NCBI GenBank assembly: GCA_051294375.1
Contig: CM119264.1
Location: 15,525,473 to 15,589,472, forward strand
Direction of reading: 5' to 3'
Length of the DNA stretch: 64,000 nucleotides
DNA from: Paraspadella gotoi
Lineage: Eukaryota > Animalia > Chaetognatha
Shown here: positions 41,233 through 52,837 of the stretch, piece by piece
Position numbering within the stretch: the first letter of the stretch is position 1
How the letters are laid out: each line of letters begins with the position of its first letter
Program-made: the position numbers and the translations under genes
Notes under the pieces: generated by a model
The model's input: the letters and a program-made list of their open reading frames with translations, nothing else
Databases searched by the model: none
Told to the model about the DNA's origin: nothing

Positions 41233-41974
41233 TATGGCAACAGCCGGGTTGCCTGTGATGCCCATTGGGATGGGGCACTCACTGTTGGCTTTGGGGGCTT
41301 CCGACCCTCAGTGACGCATCCAGTCACTGGCGCGGTTACCCTAGGACGGTCTCGCTTTGCCAACGCAGAGGGAAGTCGTTAGGACTGTGGATGGAACACT
41401 ACGCCTGGGATGGTGTGTTCCCCCTCTGAGCCAATGGATTTGGCTGAAGGATGACGGACGTGAGGCGGTGTGAATATACTGCCACAGGATCCCCGGGCCA
41501 AGACATCACTCAGGTTCCTCAAGCCTGAGAGGTGTCTGACAAGACTGTTACCAATAGTGGGAGAGAGAGAGCGCGAGTTGTGGGGCATACGGCGTTTGTC
41601 GTAGCGTACCCCAGGGGCATAGGCGTTTGTCGTAGCGTACCCGAAGTCGGCAGGGCATAGGCGTTTGTCGTAGCGTACCCTGAGAAGGTTGCGTGTTCGA
41701 ATGTAGGGCTCACCACTTATTGGCAACAGCCGGGTTGCCTGTAATGCCATTGGGATGGGGCATCTCACTGTTGGCTTTGGGGGCTTCCGACCCTCAGTGA
41801 CGGCATCCAGTCACTGGCGCGGTTACCCTGAGACGGTCTCGCTTTGCCAACGCAGAGGGAAGTCGTTAGGACTGTGGAGGAACACTACGCCTGGGATGGT
41901 GTGTTCCCCCTCTGAGCCAATGGATTTGGCTGAAGGAGATGACGGACGTGAGGCGGTGTGAATATACTGCCACA
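41233..41974 (-). mobile_element. Full-length TRIM family B (LTRs 41233-41486 and 41718-41974)
   Basis: Two ~255-bp direct repeats (minus strand TGTGGCAG...TGCCATA); 4-bp TSD ATAT (41229-41232 and 41975-41978); PBS TGGTGAGCCC after the 5' LTR; non-coding ~230-bp internal domain. Confidence 0.92.
41284..41364 (-). ncRNA. Type-P5 twister ribozyme candidate (family B; second copy 41770-41851)
   Basis: Minus strand: GTTGGC-AAA-GCGA-GA-CCG-TCCTAGGG-TAA-CCGC-GC-[CAGTGAC..GTCACTG]-AGGG-T-CGG-AA-GC-CCC-CAAA-GCCAAC. T1 is CGG/CCG and P5 is GTTGGC/GCCAAC. Predicted cut between 41338 and 41337. Confidence 0.8.
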
Positions 41975-43711
41975 ATATTATAATTAAAAACGCGATATAA
42001 AATGGCGTAGAATGCATCAATGCTTATAGTGAATACATTTCGGAATCGCCAGGAGCTCAGCTTTCTTGATTCTGTTACTCATTTTGGCCTATTTTGAATT
42101 TGATTTGAATGACCCTTTTTCTTAAGATTATAAATAGTTAAAAACGTCAATGCACCTGATGCTACTAAAAAATTTTAAAAAATTAAAAACGAAATTTAAC
42201 CTTTTTTGGCCCCCAGGGGTCCAGCCCCTCTCTTCTCAGGGGATGAATATTAAAATTCGCCTCGATAGTTCCATTTATATCGTTATTAGAACTCTTAAAT
42301 GTAAAATTTCATGAAATTCGATCAGGTAAGTTTGGTGGGAACAGATTCTGGTCTAAAAAAACCACAATCTCATTCTGTAGAATTTAGTTCAGAGATTTGG
42401 TCCGAACCAATTCTCGGTCAGAAAAACAAGGAGATTATGGATTGCCATTTTGACTTGTTACTTAAGGAGTCTTTATTTATTTACAATGTAATTGGTTACA
42501 TACTTTTTATCGTCTCGTAACGCTTTTGCGCATAAGTGGCGTAGTCGTCGGCGTTCCAACTTATCGATCGCCCTTTTGATAATTAAATTTGGGTGTGTGA
42601 AGCTGAAAATTTATATACATCTTCTCATCATCGAGGTCCTTGAAATTGGGTGAGGACAGTTATTAAATATGTTTTGTTTACGTTTTATCAAAACAAACAA
42701 ATTTCCTCTATTATTTTTATCTCTCTCTTTTCCCGAGGCTGATTCATCGGGAAAAAAAACGAGTCTGCAGCTGGCTCTGCAGGGGCTTTCTTTCTTTTTC
42801 TCTCTTTTCTCCTGCTGCTTTTGCCTTTTGATTTCTTTCTTTTTTTCTGGTTGCCTCTGCTGCTGCCGCTGCCGCTGCTGATTTGTCCGAAAACGATTTG
42901 GCTTCTCTCTTTCTCACTCTCTTTCTCACTATATATATATATTAGGCCGGAACAGGTTGAAAACTAGAAGTTCTTTCAAATAAATAATGATAAAGTGACT
43001 GTTAAAGAATATGAAAATAAAAATAATTTTAAAAAATTATCTTATTAATAAGCGCACGGAAGCATTTAAAGATTATCTTATTACTATATATAGTTAAAAA
43101 TTTTTTTTGAATTTGTCAATTTTTTTTAATGGATTCTGATAGAGCTTTAAAAGTTAGATAAAGGTTATTAATACAAATTTTAAAAATTTTTTTGTTTTAT
43201 TGATAAAAATTTTAAAAAATTAGAAAATTCAGCCAATGATGATGATGATGATGATGATGATTTTTTAACGTTTTTTCTGTTTTTAACCAATTTCTTGTCA
43301 AAATTTTAAAAAATTGTAGTACTAACTTTCATTTAACTTTTCAAGCTCTATAAGAATCCGTTCTTAAAAACTAACTTTTTTAAAAAAAATTTTTGTCATT
43401 TGTTATATATTAATAAATATTTAAAAGCTTCAGTGCAACAACCCAATGAACTAATTCAAAAAGTTGCATTGAAAATCGATTTAGTAATAGAAGGAAAAAA
43501 GGAATTTTTTTGAGAGAATTAAAAGTTATAAAAAGTGTTCAATTTTGGCCCGCCTTAATATATATATATTAAGCCAAGTTAATATTATAAATAACTTAGT
43601 CTTCAAGTATCAAATTCGATTTTTTTGTATCAAAGTTTATTATGGATCTAGATTTTTTTTATGCGATTTCGACGATCCTTATGCTTTTAAAATTTTTGTC
43701 TTATTATTGAG

Positions 43712-43995
43712 GTGGCGGCGTTACTCTAATCTCGTTCTCACCCGACGGTCATCGTCTCTTGGTTGCAACACCTTTCTCGGAGTTTCAAATTTGGAGTTCT
43801 GGATCGGACTGGACGAACGAGAAATGGACAAATCTTCGTAATCGAGTCATTGCCTGTACCTGGAGTCCAGACAGCACGACGCTTCTCTTTGCTGTAGACG
43901 GGGACAGCCTATTATATTCTGTCGACTTTCAAGCTGAATGGAACAGCGATGGGGAGAGGAAGAGCGAGGAACAGAGGGCGCGTTCCATTTTGGAC
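43712..43995 (+). CDS. AAAS: AAAS/Aladin exon (WD40 repeats)
   Basis: GGGVTLISFSPDGHRLLVATPFSEFQIW...CTWSPDSTTLLF...ARSILD; gag acceptor, gtgagt donor. Confidence 0.9.
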
Positions 43996-46900
43996 GTGAG
44001 TGATCTGAATAGTAATCGGTTTTGCGGTAGCCCAGGACGGGTTTACGGTGCTCTCTCACTCATCTAATCAATGCCTGAGAAGAGGGGGCAAACCCTTTCT
44101 TTCACGGTTAATACCCCGTGACACCAAAAAAATCTTTACTATACTTAAATATTTAATAAACATAATTCATAAGTATATCATTAGTTGGAGAACAACTTGA
44201 CGTTTTTATCGTCGCAATCTCAGCATTTGCGACGATATTGCAACGCTTTAGCGCATAAGTGGCGTTCCAAATTATAGATCGCCTTTTTTATGATTAAATT
44301 TGGGTGTATGAAGCTGAAAATTTATATACAGCTTCTCATCATCGATGTGCTTAAAATTGAGTCTGGACAGTTATTAAATATGTTTTGTTTACGTTTTATC
44401 AAACAAACAAATTTTCTCTCTTTTATTTTTCTATTTCTTTCTCTCTCTTTTCACTTTTAATTACATGTCTCTCTCCCTCTCTCTTTTCCTGAGTCACTGA
44501 TTCATAGAGAAAGGGGAAAAAAAATGAGTCTGCAGCAGGCTCTGCAGGGGCTCTTTCTTTTTCTCTCTTTTCTCCTGCTGCTTCTGCCTTTTGATTTTTC
44601 TTTTTTTCTGGGTGCCTCTGCTGCTGCCACTGCTGATTCATCTGAAAACGATTTCGCTTCTTTCTCTCTCTGATTAATATTTTTCTTCTAAAAACTTTTA
44701 TTATCGCCATTTATTCCCAAATTTACATCCGAGATTTTCTTAAATATTCTAAATATCAATCAGAATAATATTTTTTTTCAATATATATTTACTTTATTAT
44801 TTTACTTTACTTTACTTCATTTTAGTCTTTACTTCACTTTGTCAGTCTGATTCAAGTTTCACTTTCTTTTGTCTGGGTATGTTGACAGTGTTTAGAGAGG
44901 TCGCATTCGATCAAACTGCTCGCTTATGCGGGCTTAAAGTAAAACAAAAGTACCTTCAATAATGTCTCTCCAGACTAAGCACTTGCTAAAAATAAAACTC
45001 GAAAATAAGTTATTTTACTGTTTTATAATTATTATTTTTAATTTTTTTAAATTTTTTTAAAAAATTTTTATTTTCTTTATTTTTCTCAAATTTGATTTTT
45101 TAATATCAAAATTTTTCGTCAATCCAGATTTTTCTTATGCGATTGCGACGATCCTTATGCTTTTAAGATTTTTATGTAGAAGTTTCATTTCGTGTTTAAT
45201 TCATTTACTATTCTTTGTTAAATTTTTTATCTAACACAGTAAAATTGGCAAAAAAAGACAATGTTCTTGATTGAATTTTTCAAAAATTTTATATCATAAG
45301 AAATCCCTATTACTGGTCTAATCAATGGCGTATCTGAATTATCGTAATGTTGAGTAATTTCTTAGTTATGATTTTTATTTATTTTTTTAATTGTAAATCT
45401 TAGGTTTTCTTTATACAATTTGTCCAATGAGAAAAATGAAGAAAAATAATTTAAAAAAAATTTATCCAATGAGAAATGGTACGCATTTTTTTGGTGTCAC
45501 TCGCGAACGGACACGGGGTACAACAGTCTCAAGTGTACTGCCATGAATACAGTTATAAAAAATGCATTTACTGTACTCGTTGGATCCAGAAGTTCTTAGT
45601 TTTAATTTTTAAAATCAATCCTTGAGGGCATGGGGAAATAGAAGGAAAAAATCATATTGTGGAAGACCACGACATAGAGAGTAGGGAGACATTTATTATG
45701 TATGAGGTAAAACATTGAAGAGACATAATATAGTGAATATGTTGAAACATAGGCAATAACATGTGTACAGTTCGAAGGTTGAAAACGGTTCTCTCGTGGC
45801 TACGGCCACGACGGAAGAAACCCGTTGAAGCCCGGGACGACGAGACCAATGACCGGAGTTCTGAGGTCATGTGGTCGTTGAGGGAAAAGAGAGAGAGAGT
45901 CGAGGTAACTCGGCCTCAATATGTATATTTCGCGAAGAGAAGAGACGAGAAAATGTATCGCTAGAAAAAATAAACCGAGGAGCAGGAGGAGGAGGAAAGA
46001 AGAGGAAGGGGAGAATGGGATGCCAAGTTCCTCTGCGTCCTCCTTCTTGACCAAGATGTCATGTCCAGGCCCCCAATGACGTGGCATGACATCGTCATGC
46101 TTCCCTCTGGACTAAAAAAGTGAGAGAAGTCACAAACTAAAAATATTGGATTTCTATGAAAACCTATTTAAATTATTTATATTATTATAAGTTCATTTTT
46201 TAAAAAAATTGTCAGTCACTGACAAGTTATGCCACTGCACCATGACTGATATTGATTCTTAAAGAAAGATTCTTAAAGTCTGAGCCAAAAATGCGGCAAA
46301 CTTCTGACGCAACCATGGTCGTAAGTCTATTTCCATCAGTTTAGGGCAAGTATTTTTGCATTTTCCAAAGGCTGGTTGCCTTCTTTGGTCTTGAGGAACA
46401 TGTTGTTGAGGGGGAATATAGAATTTTTCAGTGCAGGTTTGAGGGATCATGTTATTAATTATCAATTATTATAATTATTAATTATTCACGTAGCTATAAT
46501 GTATTCTTTCCAGGGTCCAGTTCTTTCATTTTCTGATTTTGTTTCCCATTTCTTGACCGGAGAATGATAAGAGCAGGCTTAATTTTTGTGTTGATTCTTG
46601 CAAATTGATTCCTTGCAAATTGATTTTTTGCAAATAAAGTTTTTCCTTAGATTTCTTTGATTCTCAAGTGCAGACCGACTTACCAACTGTCAGTCTTGGC
46701 AACCTTGGTTTGAGTTGAAACTGAATCAGAAATGATGGCAGTTAGGGTAGTTTGGGAAGAAGTTGAGTAAGGAATTTTATTCTGAATAGATTGATTGCAA
46801 CTGGCCTTAGCTTTTGCGGCCTGGGTTGAAGCATTGGCTTGGGTGAAATAAGTTTGAGCTGAACTGGAGACAGATTGGGTTTTTAAAGGCAGAGGGGACA

Positions 46901-47133
46901 TGTGAGTATTATGCACCAAAGTAAGTAGGTAGATACATTATATTCTTGTCCAGAATTCGTGGGTTTGCATTATTAGTTTTCCAAGTTGCCAATATATTCT
47001 AGGTCGTCAGTATTGATTTGATCTTTAAAGTTTATCTCTGCAATTTTCGGAGTTATGCTCAAGATTTAGGGTAAAAAGGATCAAATTAATTAATTACCGC
47101 TAATAATCGTGGCCAGTCCGACATTGATTGCTG

Positions 47134-47370
47134 TATGGCATCAGCCGGGTTGCCTGTGATGCCCATTGTTGGCTTTGGGGGCTTCCGAACCTCAGTGACG
47201 CCTCCAGTCACTGGCGCGGTTACCCTAGGACGGTCTCGCTTTGCCAACGCAGAGGGAAGTCGTTAGGACTGTGGATGGAACATTACGCCTGGGATGGTGA
47301 GTTCCCCCTCTGAGCCAATGGATTTGGCTGAAGGATGGTGAACGTGAGACGGTGTGAATATACCGCAACA
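47134..47370 (-). mobile_element. Solo LTR, family B
   Basis: Colinear with 41233-41486; 4-bp TSD GCTG on both sides; twister motif at 47168-47248. Confidence 0.88.
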
Positions 47371-47472
47371 GCTGCATGAAAACCACGCTTGTTAGTTTTG
47401 CGTGTATTCAATTATTACTCAATATTGCGTGACAAGAGGGTACATACTTAATACTTTTTTATAAATTGTTAG

Positions 47473-47590
47473 TTGAGTAAAATCGACTTCGATGGAATGG
47501 ACGGTGAGATTTTTGATGGTGCGTCGGTCCACCAAATGGAGTGGGACCCTAGTGGCGAACGTCTTGCTATCTCTCTTCGTCCGCAGTCGG
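47473..47590 (+). CDS. AAAS: AAAS/Aladin exon
   Basis: LSKIDFDG...VHQMEWDPSGERLAISL resembles Aladin HSMVWDPSGERLAV; tag/gtaag boundaries. Not in the ORF track. Confidence 0.9.
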
Positions 47591-47812
47591 GTAAGAAAAC
47601 ATCTCGAGACTTATATTTACCAAAAAAAAGTTTAGAGTAATTGTTTATTTACAGTAATATGCAAAAAATATGCACTGCTTTATTTGAGCCTTTAAAATAC
47701 TTTTTTTAAAGGCTGTAAATAAAAATGTTGGTATGTAATGATGTATATCTTTAAACCAACATAATTTATTTTAAATAATTTTAAATTTTAAATTTGAATG
47801 TTTTTCTATCAG

Positions 47813-48081
47813 GTCACCGCGCAGTAGTCGCCATTTTTGTTACGCGGTTCCGTCGTAGTGTTTTTGGTGGCTCCAGTCGCGTTGAATTTTTTCCGGGCAT
47901 GATCATTCGTGGTAATGACGACGAGCCATACGCGGCCAAAATCACTTATTGTCCGAGATACCCTCCCGGTGCTGAACCCTCGTGGTATCCTGGAGCTCTT
48001 TTGGCAGTTGTTTGGGCAAAAAATGGTGAGAAAATCATTACGTCATATCTTATTGATCTCAATTATAGATACCTATTGTGA
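47813..48081 (+). CDS. AAAS: AAAS/Aladin last coding exon
   Basis: HRAVVAIFVTR...PGMIIRG...GALLAVVWAKNG; cag acceptor in phase 1; TGA at 48079-48081. Confidence 0.82.
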
Positions 48082-48479
48082 TTAAAAGCTTTCTCTTTCC
48101 GTAAAAAAAAAAAATCTTAAAGTATAAGGATCTCGCCAAGGTATAGTATCAAAGAAAATTAATGAAAAAGTACTATAATCTAATTTGCATATTGCAGTAA
48201 ATCTTAAAAAGTGAATATTCAAACAAAAAATATTTGAATCGATATGAAACAAAGAAAATGGATACACATTTCAACTTCCTCACTGCCTCACTAATGGAAC
48301 TTGATGATAACTAGATACATTGTTTGGTAGTTAAACCATAAACTGGCAAAATAAAGATAGAAATTGTTTTTTATTTTTGAAAGAAGATTATTATTGACTA
48401 CTTAATAGAAGTGATAATAGATGCGATGATAATTATTCACTGATATGATGATAATCGTTCATTGATGCTATGATAACTA

Positions 48480-48680
48480 TAGTAATTAATTGATTGATGT
48501 ATTTGATTGATTGATGTAATTGATTGATGTAATAGTAATTGATTAATGTAATAGTAATTGATTGATGTAATAGTAATTGATTGATGTAATAGTAATTTAT
48601 TGATGTAATAGTAATTTATTGATGTAATAGTAATTTATTGATGTAATAGTAATTTATTGATGTAATAGTAATTTATTGAT
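48480..48680. repeat. 19-bp minisatellite (TGATGTAATAGTAATTTAT)n
   Basis: Direct tandem units; related flanking units at ~21270-21400. Confidence 0.85.
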
Positions 48681-49409
48681 GCGATGATAACCAAAGGATT
48701 GATGCTATGATAACCAAATGATGGATGCCATGATAATCATTCAGTGATGCAATGATAGAGAGAGAGAAAGACAGAGCTGGACAGCTATTGGAAGGCCGCT
48801 GTACAGTCACTGCAGAGCATGAAATTTGAAGAAATAAAAAAAGGCAAAAAAATGTTACAATTGTTTACAATTGGAAATTGTTATAATTTTTTCCAATCAT
48901 AGGTTGTAAAAGATTTTATTTTCATTTGTATTAAAATTAAGATATAGCTTCTCCTTAAAAAGGTCTTTATTTCACATGTTTTTTATTGATTCAAAGATTT
49001 TTTTATGAATTTCATCTTTAATATTATTTACTGCAATATGTAAATTAGATTAAAGCATTTCTATATACTAATTTGGATATTATAATGAGTACAATAATCT
49101 CATTTGTATATTGTAGTAAATCATAATAAAGTAGAAATTCAAACAAAAAATACTTGAATCCAAATGTAATATGAAAATTTCAAAGCTATTTCAAGATGAG
49201 AAGCCATATCTAAATTTTTAACTTATGATTATTGCAGACTTTTATAAAACTTAATCGTAATTCATAATAAATTTTATTTAAAAAAAAAAGGAAGTCCAGG
49301 CCAAAACTATAAAAGCATAGTTTTTATATAACAATGTCGGATCTGCCTACGATAATTAAGCAGTAATCAGCTAATCAGATGATAAACCATAATATTTTTT
49401 TAAATTTTT

Positions 49410-49630
49410 TTTCCACTCGCATCATTTTTTCAACTCTCATAATTTTTTCAATTTGCATCATTTTTACAATTTGCATCATTTTTTCCACTCGCATCATTTC
49501 GTTAACTTGCATCTTTTTTTTAACTTGCATCTTTTTTTTAACTTGCATCTTTTTTTTAACTTGCATCTTTTTTTTAACTTGCATCTTTTTTTTAACTTGC
49601 ATCATTTTTTAAAATTGCATCATTTTTTTC
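49410..49630. repeat. 18-bp tandem repeat (AACTTGCATCTTTTTTTT)n inside a family 2 element
   Basis: Tandem units; explains the spurious MQVKKK and TCIFFL ORFs. Confidence 0.85.
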
Positions 49631-50710
49631 ACATTAATTAATTAATTAAAACATTTATAAGTAATAATTGGTAGTAATATATTAAAGATTAAAGTAAATG
49701 TGACTTATGTTTTTTCTATTTAAACTCATATCCATTGGCCCAATTCCGTAAAAACTTTATATCTAGCACACTTCACACACTTTCTTACCCGCACACAAAA
49801 TTTTATCTCAATCTATTAATTCGAGTAATTATGGGTTAAAATAAGTAAAAAGATTTTAGTAAATGTGACTCATATTTTTTTCTTTTAAACTCATTTCCAC
49901 TCGCACGATTCCATCGAAACTTTATATCCAACTTTCCTACCCACACAGAAAATTTCATTCCAATCCAACCACCCAATCACGAGTTATTTGAGCTTTTTGC
50001 TAAGGTGAGATGGACGGACATCATTTTTTTTCATAACTTATCATAATTCGATGTTCTGACATGATGTAAGTGAATGCCCGACAAGATTAAGGGGGCGGAC
50101 CGACAAAGTGAACTATAGAGTCGGGATCTGCTGAAAGCAGATCCGACGAAAAAAGCGTGACGCCGACGACAACGCCGACAACATCACAAAGAAGCCTGGC
50201 CTTCGCTTTATCTCGCCAAGATATAATGGTTTATTTCTATATTAACCTCATAGGGCGCGTTTCCTATCACCCTCTTCACTTCATTCCGTCTCCGAGCCAA
50301 ATTTCTGTCACGCTTAATTCCTCTGTGATCGCATTTTCACGCGTGGAAGCCTCTCTGGATGTACTTGAGGCTAACATCTTTAGAGGAGGTCTTTCTCTTT
50401 TTACATCGCCAACGTGACTTTTTTCTCGCTTCTTTTGTTGTTACAGATACGTATATATATTATATAGATTAATTGTCTCATGATTGTTAAAATACAGAGT
50501 CTAAAAAAATGCTCACGGCCCAATAACGTAACGACTACCTATTAATTCCGTAATCATTTGCAAAAGTCAAAACTAGTTATAAAAATTTGGAGCTCGGTAA
50601 CACGTTTTGCTCATGATTTTAATTAGGCTGTTAATATTTTGAATTTGTTTTTTAAGATCTTATCAAAGAATACATGTATAAATTTGTAGCTAAAAACTGT
50701 ATGAACTATA

Positions 50711-50875
50711 ATGAAGCGGCTCAAGTTGTGGATACACAATAAGGAATTTGACGAAAACGAATTGGTTTTGAATCCACGAGAATTTCCCGACCTGAAGATC
50801 GGTGACGTCTTTGAAGTTTATCACCCTGAAATAGACAAGGAAGTTCCACCTGGACAACCTCGAGTTTTGCTACAG
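50711..50875 (+). CDS. DEPDC5: DEPDC5/Iml1 (GATOR1 subunit) first coding exon
   Basis: MKRLKLWIHNKEFDENELVLNPREFPDLKIGDVFEVYHPE...LLQ resembles the DEPDC5 N-terminus; CAG|gtttg donor. Confidence 0.9.
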
Positions 50876-51679
50876 GTTTGTCTATTTTCTGTGTCGTTAA
50901 CGCCTTAAGGCCAGCGATCAGTCAATTTAAACATAACTTCATATATATATTCTATTTTAAAGTTTAAACACCACCTCGCATCTCTATCGTAAAAATTCCA
51001 GAAAAAAAGAATGGCTTTTTTTCAATATTTAACAAAAACAACGACGATGATGGCGACGACAATAATGACGATAACGATTGACTTGATTGATTAAATAATT
51101 AATCAATTAGTTAACTGATTATTTGATTAATTAATACATCTTGTATTTACATTTAATATATAAATAAAAAGAAGCTTTTTCAATTAGGGAAACAGGTTTT
51201 TTGTTTTTTCCATTAAAACTCATTTCTACTCAGACGATTCCATCGAAACTTGATTTTCAGCTTCATCACACACTTTCCTACCCACAAAATTTCAAGTTAA
51301 TTGTCCAATCCACTCATGAGTAATTGGCGTTAAAATTGTGAAATTTTTTTTCCCCATTTAAACTCTTTTCTACTCGCACAATTCCATCAAAACTTCATAT
51401 CTAGCTCAAGCACACACTTCCCTACCCACACACAAAATTTCATTCCAATCCATCCATCCAATCACGAGTAATTGGTGTTTTTTGCTAAGGTGGGACGGAT
51501 GGACAAACGGACGGACATCGTTTTTTTTGCATAATTTATCATAATTCGATATTCTGACATGATATATGTGGTTGCCCGACAATATTGAGGGGGCGGACTG
51601 ACAAAGTGAATTATAGAGTCGGGATCTGCTTATAATTAGATCTGACTAAAAAAGGCTGAATGTTAAGATTTAACTTAAA

Positions 51680-51895
51680 ATTATTGTTATGTGTTAGTGA
51701 CAGAACCGTTCAATGTAAGCAGAACCTGAGATTCGGATCAGGCTGTAACACCGAGTTACAGGCGGGTTAAGCACCCCGTCGCTCTTAACTGCTATTCGAA
51801 CACAGGGCTAGAATCCCAGACCTTTGGGTTGGGAGGCGATTGACTTGCCTCCTGCACCAATGGCCGCTGATGAACGGTTATTTTATGCCACCATA
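51680..51895 (-). mobile_element. Family C element, slightly 3'-truncated
   Basis: Colinear; twister at 51719-51792 with T1 CCG/CGG and P1 GGTGCT. Confidence 0.8.
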
Positions 51896-52053
51896 CCATG
51901 ATGGAAAACAAAATTGTCGCGGTTACTTTCCAGCTATTTTTCGGCATTTTAATGTAAGAATCATTGTGATTAAACTTTGTTTTGTTGTGTCTTGAGATAT
52001 TTGAAATTAAAGACAAAGTCTTGATACATCAACGATTTTATTTTTATTGTTCA

Positions 52054-52087
52054 GACAAGTTTCGGCTTTCATTCAAGCCTTCATCAG
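52054..52087 (-). ncRNA. Minimal type-I hammerhead ribozyme (Penelope-type)
   Basis: CTGATGA-AGGCTT-GAATGA-AAGCC-GAAA-CTTGTC; adjacent sequence resembles the 38126-38281 spacer. Confidence 0.75.
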
Positions 52088-52342
52088 TGCTTTGACAATT
52101 TTCATGATTTCCAAATTTACTTTGGGAGAGAGAGAGAGAGAAAAGAAATGGCCAACAAAGATTCACAGGACAGTGGTGAAATGTGAGGACAGGTTTAAGT
52201 TGGTAGAGAGAGAGAGAGAATGTGAGGGAAAAGAAATTAAGTTTGTGAGTGAAGGAGAGAGAGAGAGGGAGAGACAGAGAGGCAGAGGTTAATATTTGGT
52301 AAGAAAAATTACATTAGATAATGTACAACAATAGTAAATTTA

Positions 52343-52821
52343 ATAAATAAGTAAACAGACTTAAACTAAAATATTTAAATTAATTCAGATTTAAATGAAT
52401 AAAGAAGTGAAATTTAGATGAAATGGAAATAAAGATGTTGAGAGATAGTTAAGTGAAAGAGTAAGTGAAAAATAAGAAAAAGAAAAAGCTCAAAATGAGC
52501 CGTCGGCCTGAGAGATATTTGAGTTGCACTTGGCCTCTTTTCGCCTGGGTTTCTACCGGACCCGTCCATGTCGCACTCTACCACAATAGCCTCTCAGCCT
52601 ATGACAAACCAATGACCCGACCAAATCGTCAGCATCCCCCATTGTTGACCCGAGGGGGGGCCAGCTCATTTTGAGCTCTTTCTTTTTCTTATTTTTCACC
52701 TACTCTTTCACTTAACTATCTCTCAACATCTTTATTTCCATTTCATCTAAATTTCACTTCTTTATTCATTTAAATCTGAATTAATTTAAATATTTTAGTT
52801 TAAGTCTGTTTACTTATTTAT
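52343..52821. repeat. Fold-back element: ~157-bp near-perfect inverted arms around a ~163-bp GC-rich spacer
   Basis: 52343-52500 is the reverse complement of 52664-52821. Confidence 0.88.
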
Positions 52822-52837
52822 ATATATATATTATATT

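Noticed and set aside
47813-50875. Functional meaning of AAAS-DEPDC5 adjacency
   Set aside because: Nothing in the sequence beyond tandem proximity; synteny cannot be assessed here.
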